A stretch of 64,000 bases of DNA. It comes from Chlorokybus atmophyticus (lineage: Eukaryota; Plantae; Mesostigma and Chlorokybus algae). Location: positions 150,057-214,056 of the forward strand of contig RHPI01000140.1 in NCBI GenBank assembly GCA_009103225.1, read 5' to 3'. This document shows, piece after piece, positions 13,562 to 26,208 of this stretch. Each line of letters begins with the position of its first letter. Position 1 is the stretch's first letter. The translations under genes and the position numbers were made by a program. A model generated the notes under the pieces. The model did no database searches. It was not told the origin of the DNA and worked only from the letters and a program-made list of their open reading frames with translations.

Positions 13562-16500
13562 TCAGCCGGCCACTGCGAGCGCAGCCAGCACCGGCAATAG
13601 TAAACAGCAAAGCAACATTGAGATAGATGTTGGGTGCTGTGAGCGCACAGCCACGGCGTCGTTCTGCGGAACGCTTGAACCCGTAGATAATGACACTGAT
13701 TGCAGTGTAAAGGTCTCCAGGCCTGGCCAACAACAACAAACATAACATCAGGTGACATGTGAATGTCCACATCTCAGGAGATTTGTGTGTACTGGTCTGT
13801 GCACAGTAAATACACGAGGATGAGTTCACTGTGCACGGGAAAGGCACACAAACCCACACACACTATCAGATTACTGACCAGCGCCAATGTTGCCAAAGTT
13901 AAGGACTAGGCGTCCGTTGCCCGTCACGTCAGATGACGGCGTGAAGGTCTGCGTCCATGTGCCGAGGTAGTTGTCCATCTGAAAACCACAGCATGATGAG
14001 GATTGACCCACAATGTCATTGACAACATCAACATGTATGCTTGCCTGTATCGTGTATGTTGGCAGCCCACCCAATGGCGCAAACTCGGGTGAGCCGCTAT
14101 CGACTACAAACTGCACAGATCGCACACTGTACTGCGTCTTGCCCTGCACACATACACACATATCACAATAGTAGACTGAACAAACACATGTATTGTATCA
14201 GCCAGACTGCAGTCTATCAGCCAGACTGGTGCATGGCATGCACACACCAACACACTATAATGTCACTCTCGTACTCTGATAGCGAGCGTGTACTTGGTGC
14301 CGGCCTTCAGGTAGAGCCCGCCTTGGCTCATTTGTATGTGGAAGGGTTCGGTCCCGCCGTTGGCGACCGTTATCTGCGTCGATGTGGCCACACCTTTGTC
14401 ACCTAAGTACAACGCAAGTCTCGTAGGATACAATCACAGGAGCAGTGAACATGTGTGCACGCATGCGCGTGCTCATGCGCGTGCGCGTGCGCGCGCGCCA
14501 TGTGTTTGCGCTCTCCTGTGTGTAAGTGTGCGTGCATGCCAGCGCGTGCGTGCGCATGAATGTGCTGATGCGTGCACGTGCTAATGTGTGCATGTGCACG
14601 TGTATGACAACACCTCAAACCATACCGCTGATGCATGAGAAGTTGGCAGCTGCTGGATACAACGCCCCGAACGCCCACGGCGCCGACCACGCCGCAGTGC
14701 ATCCGGATGACGGCCCTGCAGACAAGCACATCATCAACACATTGATGCAAAGTTGTATACCTGTAGTGTTGCGGTTGTGAAGGTGTTCGTGTGCGTACCT
14801 ATGTTGAAATTTGAGTTGTAGAGAAGTGGTCGGCCCGCCGGGGCGGATGAGGGGGGCGGCGAGCACGTCAATGTGACGGACTTGATGGCGAATGACACAC
14901 CGGAGTTCACGGACGTGCCGAACTGCCAATGGCCACAGTGTGTGTGGGAGTGCGTAAATGCATGTGTGTGCGTGTGAGCGCGTGCTTGCGTGCACATATG
15001 CGTGCACGCACGCACGCACATGCTCACATGCATACTTATGTGCATCTGCATGAGTCCGTGCATGTGCATGTGTCTGTGCATGTGCACGCGTTTGAATTTG
15101 AATGTGCATGTGTGTGTGTCTCTGCGCGCACGCACGCACTTGTGTGCGCTTGCGTGAGGGTAGCACACCAGTGGTATGTAAGCTTGAACGTCACATATCA
15201 CGTAAACACATGCGATCAGCGCTCTAGACCCGTTGTACATCATGCCCAAACAGTTGTCTCACCTGCAAGGCGACACGTGCGGTCCGCGCCGCGCTGATGC
15301 CCGTGAAGCCAAACGCATACGTCTGCTCCGTGGACCTGTTCACCGAACACAACATTCAGCACATGAACACCCACTTTACTACCATAGCAGCGGGTCTCAT
15401 ATGAACCACAACTGTCTCTCACTCCCAACCAAACTCACCCGATGCCGATCCAGTTGGTGTCCGTGCTTCCGATAGGCGAGTAGTTGGGCCAACCCGTGTC
15501 GACGAGAGCGCGCAAAGCCGGAGCCGCAGTCGCAAGCGAACCCGCGCTCCTCGTTGCTAACGCCGTCACGGATATCACGTACCTAACAACAACATTATCA
15601 TTACCACAAACACACACACACACGTGCAATGCGTGCGTGCGTGCGCACGCCTTGTGTGTGTGCGCGCGTGCATGCACACCCACAAGGCGTGTGCGTGGTG
15701 TGCTTGCGTGCGTGTACAAAACACGCACGCACGCACGCACTCACACAAGCACACGTGCACGTGCACACATAGAGCTTGTACAGAGCGCACGCAACAACTC
15801 ACTTTGTATTGGCTTGAAGGCTGACGCCGAGTTGGCTCAGCTGAATTGCGAACGGGTCCGTTGCGCCGTTCGTCACCGAGACCAGCGCGCCCCCGCGTTC
15901 CAAACAACCCAACGTCGCCTATAACCACGCGCAAAGAGAGATCAATGTTGGGTTGTGGACTTTGCGTTATGCGACGTTGTGTTTGTTGTTGGTGTTGGTG
16001 TGCACCTCTGCGGGAGACTTGGTGTCGAAGTTCCAACCGGACAGAAAAGGGTTGCTCGTGCACGGGGAGTCCGACCCGAATGTTGGGTTGTGTAGTCTGC
16101 AAGTATGTGGTTGTGGTTTGTTGGTCATAACAGAGAAAACAAACACGAAGATATAAGACAATTGATTGTGTGAACACATGGGTGCATCACTGAATGGATA
16201 ATGCATGGTGCACTGAATGCACAAATGAGAACCTTGAAACAGCGGTTGAAACCATGATACAACGAATGGAGTGATTTTCTCACTTACTGGCCTTGTTGAC
16301 TAACTCATACCATCACTACGACCGACCCGCATTTGAGCCAATGCTGGCAAGCAAGAACGCAACCATCAAAGTAAGGCATGAACGTGTGACGCATGAACGA
16401 ATGAATGAAAAGTGCAACGAAGTGAACTGAAAAACCACTGATTCCGTGCATGACGAGACAACAAAACACACTCACATGGATACGGCGCAGTCTGCGTATG

Positions 16501-17343
16501 CTGCTGACGGTGCGGGCTCGTTGCACATCGCGGCAGAACAATCTTGATGGCAGCTCACGCACTCGCCTGTGTCGCAGTTGCGGTCGCTGACAGAAGAACG
16601 GACACAAAACACAAGTTAGAGTGAGTGACTGGACGAGTGAGTGAGTGAGTGAGTGAGTGAGTGAGCATATGAATGAACGAACAAGTAAATGATCGAACCA
16701 GCTCTTGGATGAATGATACGTGGGTCAATGTGTGAGTTCTCAGAGTGACTTAGCCAGAAACCACATGAACGTCACACCAATTGGTCACTCCGTTTGTCCT
16801 GCAGTGATCAGCTTCTTCCCGTTCACTCACGCATGTATAAACCCGTCCCGACACGTCTTATGCATATCCCAACACACGCTCACGCTCACCCGCATACGGG
16901 GACGTCGAAAGCGGACGGGTTGGCGGCGATGTACTGCGCAGTCGGGAACGCGGCGGGCGAGCAGTCCACGTTCTCGCTGCCCGGCTTCTGATACACTCTG
17001 CGCACGCACACGCAACATGTTGGGATGGTTTTCTCGAACTCAAACATCACAACATCGTCTTCATTGTGCACATGCGCACGAGCGCGCGCACGCACACCCA
17101 CCCACACTTGTTACCGTATATAGTCGACAAGCAGCGAGCCCGGCATGGGCAGCGTCTTATCCAGCGGCGAGAAGTCCTCCGCCGACGCCAAGTTCCAGAT
17201 CAGGTACATGGGCTCCTAACACCACACCACCCACACATCACCCCACATCACATCACCCCCCACATCCTCCCNNNNNNNNNNNNNNNNNNNNNNNNNNNNN
17301 NNNNNNNNNNNNNNNNNNNNNNNNNNNNNNNNNNNNNNNNNNN

Positions 17344-17387
<44 letters not shown>

Positions 17388-18200
17388 ACCACCACCACCA
17401 CCCAACCACCCCCCAACCCAACCCAACATATCCCCACAATCCCCACCCTCCTCACCAACGGTATGTCCCGCTGGCCCACAGATTGGCCAGCGTTGTTGGT
17501 CTGGCCTCTGAGAGCTTCTTGTAATATCTCGTAGACGAGGGTGTCGTCGAGGAACCAGCGCATGGAGACGCCGGGGCCCCACTCGAGGGCGTACTTGTGG
17601 AAAGTGCTGAAATGGGAGGGGCTGCGATGGGGGATGGAGAGTTGTTGAGTGTGGCTGTGTGAAGGGATGCACACGCACACATGTCCACGCTCACACGTGC
17701 ATGCGTGCGTGTGCGCCTGCGTGCACGCACACGCACGCATGCGCATACCAACGTGTACAACCACGCGCACGGACACGCACATAACACACACGCACCCATG
17801 CATACATGGATGCGCAAAGGCACACGCACACAAACATGCGCATGTGATGCACACAAGCAAACACGCCCACGCCCATGCACACACACACACACACACGCAC
17901 AATCACACTCCCCCCCACCCCCACCCCCGCCTCCCCTTCACCTTAGTTTGCTGAGCGCCGACACCGAGTCCTGGTAGAGGTTCCCCTGGTACGGGTTGCG
18001 CTCCGTCTCGAACGGCGTGGTCGCGCCAGGGAAGGAGAGGTTGGCGGCGTAGGAGAGGCCGGGAGGGAGGAGAGGCGCGATCTGGTAGGAACACATGCGT
18101 GCATATGTGCAGGCACGCGTGTGTATGCATGTATGGGTCTGTGTGCATGCTTGTGTGTGCATGCGTGCGCGTGCACGTCCTGATGGCCGTGCGCGAGCCA

Positions 18201-18240
<40 letters not shown>

Positions 18241-19872
18241 ATACGCTCATATGCGTACGCACGTGTATCTCTGCATGTACGTTTGCACCCACCCACCCCT
18301 GTCCCCGTACCTGCAGCGTCGTGGATATCCCCCCTCCCGCGCTCCCCCCATACGCCTCCACCAGGTCCCACTCCGGCACCCCCCTTCCCTGTCTCGGATT
18401 CAGCCCGTTCCCAGGAGCGCTGTCGCACGCGCTGATCTTCTGACCGGAGGAGAAGCCCTCCCAGGAGACGGGGCCGGAAGCGGGGTCGCAGACGGAGTAG
18501 GAGAAGGGCCAGAGGCCGTCCGTGGACTCGCGGGAACCTGCGGAGGGTGGTTGGGTGGGTGTCGTGTGGCTGTTGTACAGTCAACGGGCGGAAGATGCAC
18601 GTGCGCGTACGTGTTGTGTGTGTGTACACCTGATCGCATATGTACACGCACGCGCGCGCGTGCGCGCGCATGCCTATACATCCACATTAAGTGTTTTGTT
18701 TCTGTGAGTTGTGTGTGCTGCCCACCTGGTTTTCCGAGGTTTCCGAGCGACCACAACGCGGGCCAGAATCCGGAAATCGTGCCGTCGCCGGGGAGCTGCA
18801 CGCTCGCCTCGACGTAACCGCCAGTGAAACAGAACCTGAGTATGGATGTGTGTTTGCGTGTGCATGCATCACAGTTTTGGTCACGCGAGTGTGTGTCTGA
18901 ATGTGTGTGGGCTCAGGAATATGTACGCGGGCGCGCGTGCTCGTGTGCGTGTGTGCGCGTGCATGTGCGTGCACGTGCGTTCTTGTCTTGAGTCTAGGCA
19001 CGCATGTATGACATTTCCTCTCTCTTCCCCTCTCCCTCTCTTACTTGTTCCACGACGACACCATGGCGCTCACAAAGTCGTGCGCCTGTCCGTGCCGATC
19101 GTACGTAACATTCTGCCCCAAGCCAGATTCATCAGGCCAAGTCTTCACGTTGCATAAGCAGAACAAACGAACGAAACCCCCACTTGCCTGAGAGAATGTG
19201 ATGGTGCCGTAGCCGCCCTTTGTGGTGGCGGCGTAAGGCTTGTAGACCTCGTGATCGCCGGTCACGGCGTAGTACACGTCCAACGCTTCCCACCTACACG
19301 CACGTACAAATACATTTGCTGCACAACTTCATGTAGTGCCCTAGGATGTACATATACACATCTGTGTCTGTGTGTGTGTCCTGCACATCAACTGCTGTAG
19401 CTTGCATACACACACACACACACATGTATGCTTAAAATGGACAGGTGTATGCGCGTGCGCACACAGACACGCGGACTCGCACGCACATGTATGTGTAGAA
19501 CACACATACAAACTGTGTGTGAGTCACCCTCCACCCCAAACACACACATACACGTGTGTACATGTCATGTGTGTGTTTAGTCTTATAAAATACGACATCG
19601 CATGTTATTCGCGTAAGAGCAGCAGCCTTTATTCAGAATGTTGTGTGCATGCAAATTGTACGCAGCGTTTACTTTGAGTCTGCCCCAGAGTAGAACGATC
19701 TGCCATCAGCATTGAACTCGTCGCTGAACACCAGGCCATAGGCGGCGGACTGGACGGTGACGCTGTTGGCGGCGGAGGGCGTGTCCTTATCGATCCAGTT
19801 CGTCGCCGCCGCCGATGCCACCAATGTCACCAGCCAGACCGCCACCGAAATTCCCCGCCACCTTACCCCCAT
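13562..19872 (-). CDS. secreted KRE6/SKN1-type GH16 protein with Cys-rich motif, two CBM4-like modules and a hydrophobic GPI-like C-terminus
   Basis: Signal peptide [23 protein letters not shown]; LVFSDEF; [38 protein letters not shown]; [12 protein letters not shown]; [34 protein letters not shown]; then [18 protein letters not shown], two repeats of V(T/A)NG..(D/E)PF.IQ(L/M)SQ.G..L...TKY, and the tail [19 protein letters not shown]. All C-terminal introns checked are phase-compatible GT-AG. An N gap lies inside one intron. Confidence 0.85.
17272..17343. other. assembly gap followed by a long poly-C run, within a GH16 intron
   Basis: N run, then more than 40 consecutive C. Confidence 0.95.
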
Positions 19873-20039
19873 CCCGCCGCCGCCGCCGCCGTCTCTGGCC
19901 TGGTCGCCGCCCCCTCTCTCTGGCCTGACGTCAGCGCAGCCTGGTAACGGCTATATCGGCAAAGTCGCGTCAACAAATGCTGCAATGGGCCATTCAAACT
20001 AGCAAGTGAGACAGTTATCAGTGATTAGTCCTTCTGATA

Positions 20040-20190
20040 TCGGTAAAATATCTGCGCCACGTGCCGCGACGACTTTGTTAAGCCGACAGTCGACCATATT
20101 GAGTCATTGTGCTACTTGTCGGTGCAGTAGTGGGCCTGTCACGTGACGCTTAGCCTCATCTGGTTGTTGTCGTGTGATGCCACGTGGCAT
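20040..20190. promoter_or_regulatory. three G-box (CACGTG) motifs in the GH16/LRRC45 divergent promoter
   Basis: gccacgtgcc near 20056, gtcacgtgac near 20138, and the perfect palindrome atgccacgtggcat at 20177-20190. Confidence 0.45.
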
Positions 20191-20193
20191 GAC

Positions 20194-20203
20194 ATGGAGG
20201 ACA

Positions 20204-20239
<36 letters not shown>

Positions 20240-20353
20240 GCGCTGGTGGCCGCAGGCTTGTGGGCGCTATGGATGGCGCCTGCCTGCGGCTGGCGGATTG
20301 CTTCGTCGGGGATGAGGCGGCCGATAAGGCGGCGGAACAGAAGCTCGCTGAGG

Positions 20354-20386
<33 letters not shown>

Positions 20387-23300
20387 TCGTGTTCCTGTCC
20401 AGCTTGCTACAATTCATGTTGCTACTGGTTGTGTTTGTAGTCTGATATCAAATGTGCAGTTAGTTGGCGAGGCTGCTGAAGTGACGCGCATCGACCTCAG
20501 CGGCTGCAACCTCTACCGCACCGAGGCCGTGGCGCAGCTGATGCGCTCTGCTCCAAGACTCCACAGGTGTGCAGAGAGTTTCTGACACACATCCACATTG
20601 AGTACATCGCTTTTGGACTATTGTGTTTTGTGTGAGCGCAGTTTGAGTCTGGAGTGGAACAGCTTTGGTCTGGATGATGCGGCGGTGGCGCTGATGGCGG
20701 CGGCTCTACCGGACTGCCCATGCCTATCAGACGTATGGCATGGATATGGCTATGTTATATACGCAGACACACACGCACGCGTGAACTCACACATGCGCAC
20801 GTGCCGATGCATACACGCGCAATGCAAATGCGCACATACACTCACGGACGCATGCGAACATGCATGCCGTCAGTGACACATGCGCACAGTCAGTCATGCA
20901 CACGCACACGAGCACACGCACGCGCGCACACACACACACATAGAAAGCCTCATGCACGTGCTCACCTCCTTCAGGTCGACTTGCGCAACTGCCGCATCGG
21001 TCCCACCGGCGCCGCCGCCCTCGCGCGCTCCCTCCGCACCAACACCACCATTGAACGCATAGGTGGACACTCTGCCACGCTCATCACTTCACCCACTCAC
21101 CCACCCACCCACACCACCACACACACACACACACACACACATGTGTTTCTTGTGTCCCAGATCTGAGGTGGAACCATGTTGGCAACGGGGGTGCGGCGGC
21201 TTTCGTTGACAGCCTACGCACCAACCGCATGCTGAAGCAGATGCCGCTAGCGGGCAACGGGGTGTCCGAGGCACACATAAGACAAATAGGTGGGTGGGTG
21301 GGTGGGGGTGGGTGTTGTATGCGCAACAATTCGCCAATTCTCATCATCATTAACTATGCATGTGTGTTTTGCGCACACGTACCGTACACATGCCAAGTTA
21401 CGTGTGTGCGTGTTTCTGCGCGCACACATGTGCATGCCTGTCTACCTAAGCACACGTGTGGGGGCGCGTACAAGTGCATGTGTGGGCGCCTGATGTGCGT
21501 GAGTGCATATGCACGTGTGCACACAAGCGTGCCCACGTGCTTGCACGTCATTGTGTCCGAGTTTTTTGGAATTCATTCATTGTCCTGATAACACCAACAA
21601 ACTCATCGCAGACGCTCTGCTACAGCGCAACCGCAACGCATCCCCCGTCGTTCACACCATCGTCGAGACCAAGCCCGCCGTCGACGCCAAAGCCTCCCTC
21701 AACGCCGACAAGGCAAGGATAAGGATGAAACACTGTGACATTCATCCGCAACAACCACAACAATGACATGACATGACAGTAGCGATGGCAATGCGCGTGC
21801 AGGTGGTTGTGCTGGAGAGGCAGCTGCTGCAGGTGAAGGAGGAGTTGGTTGGGGCGCGGGCGGGGGAGCGGGACGCCACAGCTCAACGGGACGGCGCCAG
21901 ACAACAGGTGGACATATATGAGCGATGAGACTTAGTCTATGGTGCAACTCCGTCGCTGAGCCAGCGGGTTGAGCACGTTGGCAGATAGACATTAGCAGTA
22001 GCAAAGCGTGCACGCACGCGGGGCACGCGCGTGTATACGCACATGTACACATGCGCACACACACACACTCGCACACTCCTGTACGCGGGTGCACATTTGC
22101 ACCTGTACGTGGGCGCCCGCGTGCGGCCATGCACGCGCTCACGTTTGCATACGTGCGCGCCTGTGTGTGTGCAAACACACACAATGCCTTGCTATGCAAG
22201 TACAAGTTCGTACAACCAGATCGCTCATTCATCTGAGCGCCTGTAAACTGCGCTCAGATCAATAAGCCAAATGCAGTCATACACCTGATTGGAACATAGA
22301 TCCAGATGGCACTGACGAGTGTATGTACAGATCATGAAGCTGGAGAAAGAGTTGGGTCTGGAACGCGAAGCTTGCCTGAGCGCTAGCGAACAATGCAAGA
22401 AGCTCGCGCAGGAGCTGAAACAGACTCAGGCGGTGAGACAAATGTAACAAGCATTTGTGTGCCGTTGCTCTTGATTATGAGACAAACAAACCCATATCAC
22501 AGATGCTCGCGAGCGTTGAGACCAAGCTCGCTGCGTGCGAAGCGCGCGAGGTGGCGAGCAGAGAAGCCGAAGCCGCCCGAACCGCTGCATCAGGCAAGCT
22601 ATCGTAGTTGTTGTTGTTGTTGTTGCTGTTGCCACATGCCCACACTTGTGTTCGCCCTCAGACGTTCAACTTGCCGAGGCCCGAGCGCGCATCAGAGCCC
22701 TTACCTCGGAATGCGACTCCTCCCGCGCCGCTCTGTCCCAAGCCCAACACGACCACCAAGAAAGGTACACCCTTTCTCGATCTCCCTCCCCACACTCACC
22801 CACTCACTCTCTCTCTCTCGCAGTCTCTCCTCCCTGTCTTCGTCCCACGCCTCCGCGCTGGCGTCGTCGCGTTCCGCGGTCGAGGAGGAGCGGCGGGGGA
22901 GGGAGGCCGAGCGGAAGGGGAGGGAGGAGGAGAGGAGGGGACGGGAGGAGGAGAGGAGAAGGGCAGAGGAACGGGAGAGGGAAAGGGAGAAGGTGGGTGT
23001 TGTGTTGCGGTGGATGGGTGGGTTGGTGCAGCTGTGTGTTGTGTTGCAGTGTTACACTGGTGCAAAGGCGTGCAAAGGGGTTGCTGATGTGGCTGTGGCA
23101 CTGGCACTGGTAGCAGTGTTGCTACTGCTTGTACTGTCGCTGCTGCTGTTACTTGTTGCTGTCACTCGTAGCAGTAACAGCCGCTTGCACGATCAAACAG
23201 ATGAGTGGATAGAGAACCGGTACCACTAGTATTGACACACAGTGGCAGCGCCAGTAGCAGTAGCAGGTGGCTTAACTTGCCAATGCTACTGCTGGTCACA

Positions 23301-24557
23301 ACACAATTACACAAGCAGTGAGAGAGCAGTACCAGAAGGTCACCTTGCTATGGGATAATGCCACTGCAACTTCTAGTGCTACTCGTGCTACTGACTCACA
23401 CTCTTGCAGCACCACCAACACTCACGCGTGCATGTGTGCCTCCCAGTCCTTCGCCCAGCAACGCGACGAGGCCTCCGCCGCCGCCTCTGCGAGAGAGTCC
23501 CAGTGGGCTCGGAGGGAGGCGGCCGCGCGGGAGGAGGCGAACGCGGGCGTGGCGGCGGCGGAGAGGAGGGCCAACGTGGCGGAGGGAGCCGCAAGGGCTG
23601 CGCAGGTGGGGGTGGGGATGGTTTTGTGACTGAGGCTGAATGGGTATGTGTGGGTGTGTTTGAGATTGTGACTTGTACACGTGATCAATTTTAGCAAGCT
23701 GTTGTGTACAAGTCACAGTCACAATCTAAACGGTTGTACACATGAACAAGTAAAAAGGTACCTTGTTCATGTGTGCACAAGTCACAGTCTAACAAGTGAT
23801 TTGTTCAAGTGCAGGGGCAAGCGGATGATGCGCTTCGGGAGCTCGCGCGCTTGCGGCAAGCTGAGACGCTTGCTGTAGACTTGCACCGGCGCGAGGTGGC
23901 CTCAGAACATGCTCGCATGCAGCGTGCGGAGCAGGTATGTAGTCCAGTTATGTCACATTCTCACCATTGTCATATACACACATACATATGCACACAAACA
24001 ACACGCAACATGTGCGGTCGTTGCATAATATTCTTGTCTCACTTGTGCTCTAATAGTTCCATGTCATTGAGAGCAAATATGCACTCCTTAGCTTGCGGCG
24101 GAAGCGGAGGCAAAGTGGAAGGCCTCGACCGACGAGGCCGAAAAGATCCGAGCTCGGTTGCGAGCTACCGAAGTGGAGATTGAGGCCCTTCGCAAGAGGG
24201 CGAAAGTGATCGAGACGGATGCGGAGGAGCGCGAGGCCGCGCGCGCGACGGAGGTTGCTACACTTTCTAAGCGGGCACGCGAGGAGGCCGCTGCGGGGAG
24301 ACAAGCTGCTGAGAATGCCGAGCGCTTGTTGCGGGAGGTATGTATTGTGAAGCATGTGTGCGTTGGTCATTTTCAGCTGGTACATTCTCAATAAGGGGTG
24401 CGTGTAGGTCATGGCGGAGGCGGGGAGGCGAGGAGCTGAGGCGGATCGGCGGATTGCGGCAGCAGAAGCGGCACTTGCGGAGACGTCGCGGCAACAGTTT
24501 GCTGCGCTACGGGCTACGTGTGTTGCTGCAGCAGGGGGCTCCGTATCGGCATCATGA
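20194..24557 (+). CDS. LRRC45: leucine-rich repeat plus coiled-coil protein, LRRC45-like
   Basis: LSLEWNSFG..VDLRNCRIGPTGAAALARSLRTNTTIERIDLRWNHVGNGG..MPLAGNGV matches my recollection of the LRRC45 LRR series (LEWNSLG..LDLRNNQI..DLRWNN.G..LAGNN). A long E/R/A-rich coiled coil follows. Stop at 24555-24557; the start could be 20194 or 20270. Confidence 0.75.
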
Positions 24558-26147
24558 GCATGTAGACTCTATGCATCGGACGCATATGATTAATGCTCAT
24601 ACATTGCATGGCCTTGTTACACGTAGTCATGTCTCAACTTACCCACACCCACACCATCCACCCCTAACCCTCCATGGCCCCCCTCCCCCCTCACCATCAA
24701 GCCCCACACACACATGGGGTATGTGCGTGTATGTGCTTGAGTGCGCGCATACGCTTTATCTAAGCAAGGAATGAATAACGACATGCATCTATAAGCAAAA
24801 GTTTTAATTGATTATGGATAAACAATGTCAATGACTAATAATGATACATTGACCCGATTTTTATCAGGATTGTGATGCCGGTACTGCATGATGCATTGCA
24901 TGATGATTGCATAATGCATTGGACTTGTGTTATGCGAATTTTTAACATACCTTGTCTATCATCTGAGTAGTGTAGCAATAACATAAGATGTAACCATGGT
25001 GAACTCTTAACATAAGTTCATGATTGATGTAATTGGCGCGAAATTCTTTGTCCTCAAGGGTATTGGCAACAGAGGGCAAGCATAACCATCGATTTTGGTT
25101 TGTAACATGCATAAGCCATCGTTTACAAAGTATCGGTTGCAGTTACAGTACTTCATGTGCGAGTTGAGCGTCTCCTCACTATAAGAGATCAGCTGGCGCT
25201 GAGACAAGTGTACATCTATGTTAAACATCAGGTGCAAGGTGATTAGCAGGCAAGCTTGCACGACGCCTAGCAAGCTTAAAGATGAGCTGCCCAATGTAAA
25301 CACCGCTCCAAGAGCACGTCTTAACATTGGGCTGGCAACCATACTCCTTTTTGTATCAAAATACCGGACTCTTGGGGCCACGCGTACGACATTGTGGAAA
25401 AAGTATTACGCTTTGGCAACACGCCGTATGTGAATGGAAGCACGACTTAAAGAGCTTCAACACAAAATTAGTGCTGAACTTTATCGACGATTCATACAGC
25501 ACCCTCGGAGTGTTAAAGTCATGCCATCAGTGTCAGCATGATCCAGTGTGTACACATGAATAGCACATGTCAGTTCAAACATATGAGAGGGAAAGGGCCT
25601 TGCAATAGTATCAATGCCTATTGATAAACACATGTCATACTCGTTTATATGCTAATTCTTGCATTTGTGGCGTGGACAATTAACATTACCATGGCACATT
25701 GCGCAGGCCTAGGCCGTATACCCACATACCCACATACACATTACTGCATCTAGCAAAACCCACGTATGTCAATTAGCTTCACAAGTAATATTCCACAAAG
25801 CTACTCTTCACAAGGAATGCTCTCCACTGGACTCCTCTTTGGCAAAGAGGGTGTGGTTTGCAAAGCTCTACACTTAATGTGGAACGTTACCCAAAGTTCA
25901 CAATAACTATACATGCTTAAGTACCGTTATCGGCTAGCTTAGTGTTAAGGCGTAATCCCAATTGCAATAAAACTTGGATTAACAAGTTCTTGCGCAGCTT
26001 CAACCACAGCATGTTTCAATGACAATATTACCAATACAATATGTACACGTGCACACATGTGCGGACACACTGCGCAGCCATACATATCATCACAGTTCAA
26101 CATAAGCGCAATCAGGTTCGTTCATGCCATGAAAATGGCACCCGTTT

Positions 26148-26208
26148 CAAGCAAGATACAAGTAGCTTCAAGCAAGATACAAATAGCTACAAGCAAGATA
26201 CCAATACA
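26148..26208 (+). repeat. 21-bp tandem repeat, about 3 copies
   Basis: caagcaagatacaagtagctt-like units start at 26148, 26169 and 26190. Confidence 0.8.

Noticed and set aside
14403-24183. Many H/T/A/R/C/V-rich ORFs
   Set aside because: Translations of intronic CA/TG microsatellites or antisense frames of real exons.
26148-26208. CRISPR-like array
   Set aside because: Contiguous tandem units with no spacers and no cas genes, in a eukaryotic context.
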